A stretch of DNA of 64,000 nt, from NCBI GenBank assembly GCA_963693365.1, contig CAVNZM010000004.1:10940468-11004467 (forward strand), read 5' to 3'. This DNA comes from Amoebidium appalachense (Eukaryota > Protista > Ichthyosporea). The position numbers and the translations under genes were made by a program. Under the pieces are notes generated by a model that had not been told where the DNA came from, did not search any database, and worked only from the letters and a program-made list of their open reading frames with translations. Below are positions 1 through 11,209 of this stretch, one piece after another (position 1 is the first letter of the stretch; every line of letters begins with the position of its first letter).

Positions 1-510
1 GACTCTGTCAGTGATATGCACACGGGGTAAATGGTGTGTGCAAAAACCGTGTTTCCATGTGCGTTTCCAGTTGAACGAGCGTGCTTGTGCAGAGGAGATT
101 CATGACGGCGAAGCCGTTGTAAATTTAGGTTTGTAGCCGTATGGCAACCATGTGCAAATGCTACCAGTGTGTTTGTAGTCCTTAAACAATCATCGATTGC
201 GCTCGCATGTGTGCGCACGGGCATGCAAACTCAAGAAAAGGGACATTATTTTACAGGCAATCGTGTTACGCGTGGACACGTTACGTAAAATAAAGTGAAG
301 ACAGAAGGCAACAAAGCTTCAAGTCAAGAGGAACCAGGAAGCGGTCAGCAAGGGATGATTCAGAAGAAACAGGTGGTCAAAAAGTAATAAACAATAAACA
401 CTGCACATATACAATTAGCCTCGAAAACAACATATTTTTAATACTGATAAATTTAATCAAAACCTGAAGGGGGAAAAAAAAAACATCGCAAAACAAAACA
501 AAACACCCAC

Positions 511-2245
511 CCTCATGGAAGTGCCCCTCCTGCCCATAAACGGGTCCTCCACCGCCTTTGGTCGTGCCCTTCCCCTCATCGAGCCGCCGCGCTCACGACT
601 GAAGTGGTCTGAATTTGGATGGTACTTACGTGAGTGGATATGTACATACAATGGATGAAAGCATACAGAAAGGAAAGGTAATTATATCTCTCTACCCTAC
701 ATTGGTGGCAATATGCGCCTGTTCCTTAGGGTTCGAAACAAAAAATGTAGGACAAATATACACAACAATTCCACCAGTAAACTTCTAAGGCCATCTACAT
801 ACCCTACATTGGTGGCAATATGCGCCTGTTCCTTAGGGTTCGAAACAAAAAATGTAGGACAAATATACACAACAATTCCACCAGTAAACTTCGAAGGCCA
901 TCTACAATGTGTGAACCACGGAGGCGAGGGGGGAAGGAGAGGGGGGGGGAGCTCGAGGGAGGGATCCGGAGGAGGGAGGGACATCGTTGTCAAACAGAAA
1001 CGCAGAGGCGAGGGGGGAAGGAGAGGGGGGGGGGGGGGGGGGGGGGAGCTCGAGGGAGGGATCCGGAGGAGGGAGGGACATCGTTGTCAAACAGAAACGC
1101 AGAGCAAGTAAAATCAACCCACCTTTAGCCGGTGTTGCTGCCCCGGATATAGAAGGTGACGCAAACCCGCTCACGTGCTCACTCACAGAGTCTCCGTGCA
1201 AGATGTAGTCGATGCTAAAAATAGAGCGTGGGGTGCTGGGCGTGGGGGTGGCTGCCTCTTCCCTCTTGACCACGTGTACTGGGTAGTCATAAGCACGAGG
1301 CGTGTCGTGCATTTGTGCCTCAGGCGCACAGTGCTCATAGTATCCTGCGTGTGGTGTGTGCGCATGGTACCCGGACCCATTGCTACCCAGCGAGTCGTAC
1401 GAATCTGTTGTCTCCACAGATGACCTTCTTTCTGACTCTAGATTCATGCCATCGTAGTGATCATCCTCAGGTACTGTTTGCGAAATTATGTGCGCGCGTG
1501 AACTTCTAGCAGGGATTTCATTGGCGAGAATACGTTCCAAATCGACCTGGCGTTGTCTCTGCAGCGCGATCTTGTCGGTGAAGCGGCGAGGTGTGAAAGA
1601 CGATTTGATGTCCAGGCCACCAAATTGCTCCTGTTGAAAAGAAACAATTATTGACGGGTTGGTAAGGTACTATGTGGACATGCACGGTGCATCACAGGCC
1701 AATGCCCAAGGACCCGAGACCAATCGACAGTTAGCCAATAACTGAAAAAATTAATGTATGGCCAATCCCCATTGCAACAAGCAGAAGCTTTGCACGCGGG
1801 CCAGGATACTTGGCCAATCCCCATTGCAACAAGCAGAAACTTTGCACTCAGGCCAGGATACTTGTCCTACTGACGGTCCGTCATGTGCCATGTTAGATGT
1901 GGTTCTTGACAGCCATGCCATGACATTACCATGCACAATACTTAAATTTCTGATTAAGGAACAGGGGACAAGTGCCTTCTGTTTCCACACCTCCCATCCT
2001 TTCTAGCAATTGACGAACAATTTGCACACAGTATAATCAACAAACAGATTCGCAAATAACCGTGACACACACGTGCAAACAGTACCCATGGCTGCCATTA
2101 CCTGCAGTAGGTCGTCTAGTTCCTGCTGCCTTAACTGTTGCTGCGCTATTTTGTCGGCAAATCGTCGTGGGGCCTCCCTATTTTTAACCTCCCACGCAGC
2201 TGAGGAAACAACTGCCGTGACGGCTACCTCCCGCACCATTGGCAT
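511..2245 (-). CDS. CRTC/TORC-like (CREB-regulated transcription coactivator-like) protein with two tandem TORC_N-like motifs and an eh1 motif; at least 250 aa, 3' end not resolved
   Basis: Phase-consistent exons 2245-2102, 1630-1123 and 608-511 (donors GTAATG, GTGGGT, GTGGGT; CAG acceptors; in-frame TAG upstream of the ATG). Spliced protein: MPMVREVAVTAVVSSAAWEVKNREA-PRRFADKIAQQQLRQQELDDLLQ-EQFGGLDIKSSFT-PRRFTDKIALQRQRQVDLERIL...VKREE...SIFSIDYILHG...RRGTSMR. The motif resembles the CRTC N-terminus as recalled (PRKFSEKIALQKQRQ in CRTC2). Downstream exons are unclear or lie outside the window. Confidence 0.7.
694..907. repeat. Tandem duplication, 2 x 107 bp, intronic
   Basis: ACCCTACATTGGTGGCAATATGCG...GGCCATCTACA at 694-800 and 801-907, nearly identical (cttctaagg vs cttcgaagg). 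Confidence 0.95.
921..1104. repeat. Tandem duplication, 2 copies differing only in poly-G length
   Basis: GAGGCGAGGGGGGAAGGAGA-(G)n-AGCTCGAGGGAGGGATCCGG...CAGAAACGCAGAG occurs twice, with n=9 (941-949) and n=22 (1025-1046). Confidence 0.95.
1759..1863. repeat. Tandem duplication, 2 x ~53 bp, intronic
   Basis: TGGCCAATCCCCATTGCAACAAGCAGAA...GGCCAGGATACT occurs twice with a few substitutions. Confidence 0.9.
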
Positions 2246-3225
2246 GGCTGAAACAGGAGCCGAATGTTGCGCCAAGAAGAAAGATTGCAGCTAGCGATGG
2301 CGTTGCTGAGTTTGTGCTTGCGTTCTGACAATATAAATCTTTATGTCACTGCAATCCCTCGAACGCTCAGAGCAGGTCTTCGTTGTTTCTCACAGGCCAA
2401 GCAGGTCTTCGCGTTGATCAGAAATTATGAAGTAATTTTAGAACAGAAGTGAGTTGAGCACCACGTGACTCACCCGTGTCGCAAGGTAATGAGCGCCAAA
2501 AAAAAAAAAAAAAGAAGAAGAAAAGGAAGAAGGCCCAAGTAACAACACTAGCATGCAAGTTAGTTCTACAAAAACAACCAGGTTCCACTGAATACTCTAT
2601 CTTCTGACTACTATCAACTATGACTACGTGTGCACTGTGCTGTGGCGTTTTGTCGACCACACGACACACAGCGAGGTATGCTTGATGATGTCATCCAACT
2701 CGTTAATATTCCTTGTGTTGTTACCTTTCAAGAGATACGAATATGAGGGGATTCTTCACATTATATTTTAGAGGGGGGGAAGGCCGTTGAGCAGTTTAGT
2801 TATTTTTTTTTATTTGGGACATAAAAAACGCTGTTTATAGTAGAGCCTTTCTATGCAGTGCGCACAACACATAAAGCATCAACCGCCCATAATTGCTATA
2901 GAGGTCATGACACAAACGAGGGGTTATAGTTATCTTAGCGAGGAAAAAGTCTTCTCGACTGAGTCAACATTCCACACGGACACATGCATGGTGACACTTG
3001 ATAAAACCCAAGAATTACAGTCAAAATTACGAGGTAAAACAGGAATAAATGCCTGCTGATAATAAATAAACTTAAGCGTAATTTTATTTTGCTATTTTTT
3101 TTCTTATTTTTCCAAATCCATTCTTTTTTCCTAAAGCCGCTCATAAGAACCGTTCTTATCAGGTAATGCTTCGAACTATTTTTACACTCCTTCAAAGACG
3201 TCACAGGTCAGATACGCTAGCTCAG

Positions 3226-3484
3226 CCAATCACGTTTGCAGAACAAAATTCCATGATTGGAATGACGTCAGGACATGACGTCACCCTCTGCCCTGAGGGC
3301 CTGCTGGGCCGCTGGCCTGCGTTCAAGATCACAAACTTTCACAGGGAACGCCAAAAACCATACTAATTAATAAAAGAAAAGCTCATTTGTTTTAGTACCG
3401 CTATGTATTTATTATCTCCCACCACACGCATTTGAATAAAATAGAAAGAATACTTGCGAATATGTGTCCTCTTGAGTGACGTCA
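3226..3484. promoter_or_regulatory. Cluster of three perfect CRE palindromes (TGACGTCA) with CCAAT/ATTGG boxes, upstream of the CRTC-like gene
   Basis: TGACGTCA at 3263-3270, 3276-3283 and 3477-3484; CCAAT at 3226-3230; ATTGG at 3256-3260. The motifs are directly visible; their function is inferred. Confidence 0.45.
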
Positions 3485-3546
3485 GTAGTATTTTCACCGT
3501 GTGCGTACAGCACGCCGGCCTGGGCCGTGACCGGCCCGGTCGGCAG

Positions 3547-3848
3547 TAAGCCTATGTAAATCTATCCCAAAAAACTACCTAAATATCATATTGCTTTTCT
3601 CCCGATCTATCACAAAACCTACCTAAATATCATAGATCATAACCCGGAAAATCCCGAAAAATGGACCTAAATATCAAGTTCATCTATCCCTTTTTTTTTT
3701 TTTTAATCTATCCCTTGGGCCCCTATCTATCCCGAGAAATATCATTTTTCTCTCGCTGAAGCCTAAATATCCGGGCTAATATCCGGTGCTAAACTTAGCC
3801 CGGCGGGCAGGTATCCATAATATTTCGAAGACTCAGGCCTAAGTATCA

Positions 3849-3946
<98 letters not shown>

Positions 3947-3953
3947 GGTGGGT

Positions 3954-4003
<50 letters not shown>

Positions 4004-4114
4004 TGCATGCATGCATAAAAAGGATATGCATATGGATCATATGCACCATTACGTACGTGTGAGTCGTGACAAGTCTGCAGTGCACGTGTGGCCGGTCCCG
4101 GCCTCGATTGAGGG

Positions 4115-4173
<59 letters not shown>

Positions 4174-4235
4174 GGAATAACTTGTATGCATGCATGAAAA
4201 AGAGTATGTGTGCACGAACCAGAAGGCCAAAGGCT

Positions 4236-4277
<42 letters not shown>

Positions 4278-4650
4278 AAGGCACGGGACGGTCTTGCCAC
4301 CACAATGAAATTTTATCCTTGCTCACGTCGACTACTTATCTTCTACTACATATACATGACTTTTTATCAGCCTGACTTTGCTCTCGTTCACAACCTTGAT
4401 CTTCGCCTATTTGCTGTCATATCCCTGGCCACAAACATATATAATATATCCCTAAATCCACGGGATACCTAAATCTATCCTGAGCGCTCGACCGGGATAT
4501 ATCCACCCCCTGTGGATAGATTGGAAATCCCGCCCCTCCCTAAATATCATTTGGAACTATCCCAAAACTGCCTAAATATCCGGATATATCCCATATCCCG
4601 AGGACCCCTAAATATCCTGTGGAGATGCGGGATTTTTTTACATAGGCTTA
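3547..4650. mobile_element. Non-autonomous hAT-like DNA transposon (MITE-like, 1104 bp)
   Basis: Perfect 14-bp TIR TAAGCCTATGTAAA (3547-3560) / TTTACATAGGCTTA (4637-4650), extending to 22 bp with 3 mismatches. Exact 8-bp TSD GTCGGCAG at 3539-3546 and 4651-4658. About 10 subterminal CCTAAATATC-like motifs near the two ends. The interior is (TG)n and poly-G with no transposase. Confidence 0.9.
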
Positions 4651-5320
4651 GTCGGCAGTGATCACACGGCCGCAGCGATGACGCGCGCCCACCGTCATCA
4701 CGGCCCCACGCACACGCACACGCACGCACACGCACATAGGCCTACACAGTGTATTACACACACGCGCGCGCGCAAGCACACGCACACACATGCACACACA
4801 CGCACACACACGGCGTCATATGTCATACGCACACGCAAACACGCGCGCACGCACGCACACGTCACAACAGTCCCACATACACACACAAATACACATGTAC
4901 GTACACACTGACACACACGCACGTACACACGCACACTTTCAACGGTCACTTTGAAACTAGACTCTAATTCTTCAACTTCCCGTAGTTTTCCGTCCGATTA
5001 TAATAAACGCCCTCTAGAGCTACCTCAGAAGGACGCTAAGAACTTGAGAACAGAGCGCTCTGACGCGCAGAAGGGTGCAGGTGTGCATAATGTGGTGTGT
5101 TCCTCCTGCACTGCTGTTCGTCTAAACCTAGTACGTACCAGTATTATATGGCTGTCACACACATACGTTACGTACACACGCCTCCTAGTGCACTGCCACA
5201 CGCTCCGTACCGAATCTTACGGTACATAAGCGGAAGCACACATACACACAGTGTCACACATACGCGCGTGCACAGCGCACACGCACCAGACACGCACGCA
5301 CACACGGAAACAGACACACA

Positions 5321-5355
<35 letters not shown>

Positions 5356-5367
5356 TGAGTAAAGACG

Positions 5368-5398
<31 letters not shown>

Positions 5399-5496
5399 GG
5401 AGAGAGGGAGAGGGAGAGAGAGGGAGAGGGAGGGAGGGAGGGGGAAAGAGGAGAGCGAGAGAGGGAGGGAGGGACTCGAGAGAGAGCCTTCTGAGT

Positions 5497-5542
<46 letters not shown>

Positions 5543-5564
5543 GGGGGGGGGGGGGGGGGGGGGG

Positions 5565-5600
<36 letters not shown>

Positions 5601-6111
5601 CAGTGGTCACCCAGCCCCTCACAAACTGTGACAATCAATCTAATTGTTGAAGCCGAGACACACATGCATAGCCCGTGAGACACCGTCAGTAATCGATGCA
5701 AAGTTGTACAGGGTAAAACGGTGAAAGCCAACCCCACGTGTACACCACACATGCTTGCCCTCACGCACGTGCAGAATGAATGAAATAAATAGGCGGGAGA
5801 GATGAGCTGAGTCATGAACACACAACTTGAACCTTGTAAGCTACCAGAAATTAGAGTGAGCTACCGCACAGCTGACCAAACTAAGGTAACATAATCAATA
5901 TTAGTGATTAGGTTCTCTAGCACTTCGAGGAGTAAAACATAAGATCTACAGGTGGTGAGTGATGAAAAAGAGAGTCTCAGAGTTGGAGGGCCAGTGGTAT
6001 GGAGCTGTTCTCGTCTAGATGTCAAAGTTTTCCTATTCGGGGTGGGGTGGGGTGGGGGGGGGGAGGGGGGGGGGGAGAGGGAGAGGGAGAGAGAGGGAGA
6101 GGGGGGGGGGG

Positions 6112-6313
<202 letters not shown>

Positions 6314-7139
6314 ATCTTTGTTCAGACATCAAGTATATGTGCAATTGTACTTGTGGTGCGGTGGGGGGAGAGAGAGAGGGGGAGGGGGAGAGGGAAGAGA
6401 GAGGGGGAGAAGGGGGGTGGGGGAGTGAGAGAGAGAGAGAGAGAGGATGGGGGGGACCGGGGGGGGAGGGGACAGGGGTATTGATTTGCCACCGGGCCGG
6501 CCTGCATTGCCAATAACTTAACAGCTTCAAGTATCTTGACTATGCGGACGGACCTTGTTTATATTATCTTTTCTCTCCGTGCATGTGCATGGTCGATTTC
6601 ATCTGCATCATCCCGTTTGGCACTGTGACCCGCATAGAGGCACAGCAACAAATGGCCATGCATGCGTATGTCCTTGGCGCATGCGTAAATCCTCCCTCCC
6701 CCCCTCCCCCCCTCCCCCCTCCCCCCTCCCTTCTCCCCCCGCAGCCGTCGCCCCTCCCCCCCCCCCCCCCCCCCCCCAACCCCACCCCCCCGTCCCCTCC
6801 CCCCTCCTCCCCCCTCCCCCGATCCCCGTGCACGAGGGTCTGTTTTTTTAGGAGCGGGTCACGGAAGATCATTGTGACGTGTGCAGGTTTTGGGGGGGGG
6901 GGATGAAGGGGAAGGGGGGAAGGACAAGAAGGGGGGAGGGGGACGTTTGAGTATCAATGATGGTGTTGGTGGTGGATGATGGGTGGGGTGAGGGTGGGGG
7001 GAGGGTAACATCCCCATGCTCCCCCCCCCCCCCCCCCCCCCCCCCCGGGGCCCTCCACCCAACCTCCCCCCCCCCCCCCCCCCCCCTTCCTTCCCCACCC
7101 CTCCAATTACACGTCACTTGAAGAAAAATTACTATTCAG

Positions 7140-7646
7140 TGAATATACACCATACGTACCTCCAGAATACATATTACACCACTGTCCATGTGGATATCCA
7201 TCATAGTGTATTATCTCGAGAATACACCCGACTTTATCTTGCCAAACACCGCTATGCATGTGATATTATCCATCATTTCTCGAGAATACACCAATTTGCA
7301 GGTGGATATCCACAGAGTCTCGAGAATACATCACTATGCATGTGAAAATAATTAATCCGCTATATATATATGTCTCGAGAATACGCCACTATGCATGTGG
7401 ATACCCCCTATATCTCGGGAATACACCGCTATGCACGTAATTGTTATCATTCCAGTACATATCTCGAGATTACACCACTATGCATGTTCATATCTACCAT
7501 ATATCTCGAGAACACACCACTATGCGTGTTGACATCTACCATAAATTTCGAGAATACACCACTAAGCATGTGAATATCAACTAATTAGTGATCTCGAGAA
7601 TACGGCGCTATGCACGTGGATACCACTATATTTCTCGAGAATACAC
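7140..7646. repeat. Degenerate ~40-45 bp minisatellite, ~10-12 units
   Basis: The core TCTCGAGAATACACCACTATGCATGTGGATATC recurs near 7214, 7277, 7318, 7373, 7412, 7462, 7504, 7546, 7592 and 7633. Confidence 0.85.
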
Positions 7647-7754
7647 AGGTATGCATCAGGTGACATGGAGTAGTGAGTGAAGGATTGTCTATGTTCAGGC
7701 ATCGCACGGCGTGGTGCAGGGTTGGTGTACGCTCCAAACAAAAGGGTGTGCGTG

Positions 7755-7813
<59 letters not shown>

Positions 7814-7855
7814 GGATGGGAATCACGTGACAGACACGACACATGGCTTCAACAT

Positions 7856-8171
7856 TAGGTGCACACGTGGTCACCCACTTCATCGCTTTCTTTACTGATT
7901 TCTGAAGGGAGTACTGGGTCCGAAATTGCTCGGTACTACCTAAATACCTAAAACTGCAAATTGAAATGTGCAAACTCACTCGTAATTGGATTCCATTTAA
8001 GCATTTGTGTTCAATTTGAGGCATCAACCTGGATGCCCCTCTACGAGCTCGATAAATGAACTAGCTTTAGATTTACATTATGGGTTGGTGCATTTTTTAG
8101 GACATACTTCTGTGTACCCTACTCTTAGTTCACCATACGGAAAACCTAGTGTATAACAACGAGACACCCTA
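7856..8171. mobile_element. Possible degenerate Tc1/mariner-like MITE
   Basis: TA-flanked, weakly matching inverted ends (TA-GGTGCACACGTGGTCACCCACT vs reverse complement TA-GGGTGTCTCGTTGTTATACACT) around an AT-rich, non-microsatellite interior. The TIR match is poor. Confidence 0.3.
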
Positions 8172-8461
8172 TGTCAAAAAAAAAAAAAACACACCACCCA
8201 AAGGTCAACAATTACATCTACCTAATGTGCGGAAAAAGTGAAACCTACGGAAGTGTGGTCATTTACATGCATGAAACCCGGCGATACGCCCAAATAGTTC
8301 TGACATCATCCACATACGATTACATGATTGCATTCCCCAAATCACATGCTCCAAATATACACAAGAAAAAGAAGGAGAACATTCATTATTTGATATGCAT
8401 CCTACCGCACACCACGTGCATGGATTTTTTCCCCACGATCTACCACGTGATATACATTCTA

Positions 8462-9334
8462 TCATTGCCCACCACCGTTTTGCATTTGGACCAATCGCCT
8501 TTCGAAGGCAACGACATCGTGTGGTGAGTTGCACAGATACAACCTTCCATGGGAATCTAGAAGGGAATCCACGTGATCCGCCAGTCTCTCGCCGTCAAAC
8601 ACTATCATATTAAAATTTAAATGGGGGAGCCTCAGCCACATGAGCTGCTTTGTTAAAGAATTCCCATCATCCCCCTCCAATTCCGCGAGCATAGCCGCCA
8701 AATCCTTACACTGCTCTTCATCCACCTTCTCCTTTAACTCCCCAAAGGTCGTTTCTTCGTCGACGATTAAAGAAACACACTCGTTCGGGAGCACAACTTC
8801 CACTTTCCATGTCGTTGGCCCGGTTTTGGGTAGTAGTCTATATTTAGGTCTTGGCGGAGCCGTCAATACTGGTTTCGGCGTGACGGGTTTGGGTGCGGGT
8901 ACTGAAGCCGGTGCTGTTTGAGTAGAATGGAATCGTTTTCTGGCCTGTGGATGGGTTTGACTTCTTGCTCGAACTAGCGGCAATGTAGGCAAGGCAGGGA
9001 GGGACGCAAGACGATTAAAGGCACCGCGGATTCTTTGTGTGCTCTGGGCAAAGAGATTGCGGGTGCGTTCGTTGACGGTCGGAAGCGTTGAAAAGGATGG
9101 CCGACTCGGTACAAAGGTGCGAAGTTTGTCCTGTTAGCGATGGTGGTTAGTGGTGTGCTTTAACAAAATTACAGGAACTAGGGTGTTCCGGCAATGTGTT
9201 TGTCTCACCCGCCTATGGATGTGCACACCGTCCCCACGTGCATGTAAAGAAAAGAAGCATTTGTGCAACACAATCAAGCAGTGCACCATATGGCATGGTT
9301 CAATAAAGTTGTGTGTCAATGTTTCTGCGTTTGT

Positions 9335-9402
<68 letters not shown>

Positions 9403-9784
9403 CGTGTGTGTGTGTGTGTGCGCGCGCGCGCGTGCCATAGTGTGCTTTTTTTTTTTTTCTTTTTTCTTTTCTTTTTTTTTTTTTTTTCGGGGGGGGGAGG
9501 GGGGGGGGGGGAGGGGGGGGGGGGGGGGGGGGGGGGAGAGGGGGGAGGGCACAGAGTGTATGCTATGATACCAGTGCACGCGATTGTGTTCATCGACACA
9601 AACGTGCTTATGTCTGTATTATATGCTTGTGCACCACAACCACAAATGATATTTTCTGACAGAAGTTCATCTCCATATCTAGATGTGCACGTATTCAACT
9701 ATGCACGTATTCAACTGTGCACGTATTCAACTAGGACGTCAGACATGTGCAGGACAGTATTTGGACAATGCAGACCCAACCCCC

Positions 9785-9835
<51 letters not shown>

Positions 9836-10353
9836 CGTCAGACATGTGCAGGTCAATGTTTGGACAATGCTGAAACCCCCCCCCCCCCCCCAACCCCCCC
9901 CCCCAAAAAAAAAAAAAAAAAAAAAAAAAACATACCCACACCCATACCCGCACCCACACCCACCCACACACACAAAAAAAAAAACAATAAAGTGAAAAAA
10001 AGGGGAGAAAAAACGCCACACCTTGGAATACCTACCCGCACATGCAAATCTATTTCATTGGCGGCACACTGGAACACATGCATGCATAATGCACACAACT
10101 ACTCCTACACAAATACAAAGCTTGGAAAAAAAGCGCGGCGAGTGCACAACTACATTCTGTACATATGGTGAAGCATTGGAACAGATTGCATACACACAAA
10201 CTCAGTCACTCACCCACCCACCCACACACGCATGCACGCACACGCGCGTAAACACACTCCATGTGCATGCTACCAAGCACACACACACACACGTACACAT
10301 GCACACACAAACACACACGCACATGGAAACTCACACTCACACACACAAGCAGG

Positions 10354-10418
<65 letters not shown>

Positions 10419-11177
10419 CGAACATCCGCACGGATACACACCAGCACCCAAAACGTGACATGCACACACAAAAGCATACACACACGTGCAAACACACACA
10501 CACACATGTGCGCAGGAGCACATACACACACACACACCAACCCACACCAACCCACACACACACACACACAGAGGCACGTACCATGCTTTTTCTCGGTTTT
10601 GGTATGGAGGGCTCTGCAAAGGCCGTTGAACCCCTCGGCCAGCTATGACTGCGCACGCTAATACTGTTGGATAGATTCCGGCTCACTGAAGGAGGGGTTT
10701 GTGGTTGGGCCTGATGGTGATATCATATGTCAATTCACTTCAACATGGGGTCGTTTGGCAGCCTTTTAAGGCCTATATATAATCGACAAACGGCATTTAC
10801 ATGCACACACCACAACACTGGAATCCAACAGGTATGTTTATGTCAGGAGAAAACTTGGGCAAAGCAGCGGGGGGAAGAGGGGAGGGGGAGGGGGGGGGGA
10901 GGGGGTGCACAGAGGGTATTATCTGAACAGAGTATCAACACGGCAGAGAACGACCGAAGAGGTTACAATCCAGAACAATTAAGAATGGTGCGTACATGTA
11001 CAACGATATCACAGCACTAGGAACAGGGAAAGCGTGCAAGGAAAAAGAAGTTGAATGTGTCGGTGTGTGTGTTGTGTGTGCACTGTGCGGAGTGTGTGCA
11101 TGTGTGTGCATGCATAGTTGTGTGTGCATGCACGCCCACGAGCACGTGTGTGTGCGCTTTCATGTTAGGTGCAGACA

Positions 11178-11209
<32 letters not shown>

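Noticed and set aside
1-470. Candidate further 3' exons of the CRTC-like gene
   Set aside because: The possible acceptors (about 464 and 161) give short, uninformative peptides in the required phase. I cannot choose between them, and the gene may continue outside the window.
7140-7646. CRISPR-like periodic array
   Set aside because: The sequences between cores are related to each other rather than unique spacers, the repeats are degenerate, there are no cas genes and the context is eukaryotic.
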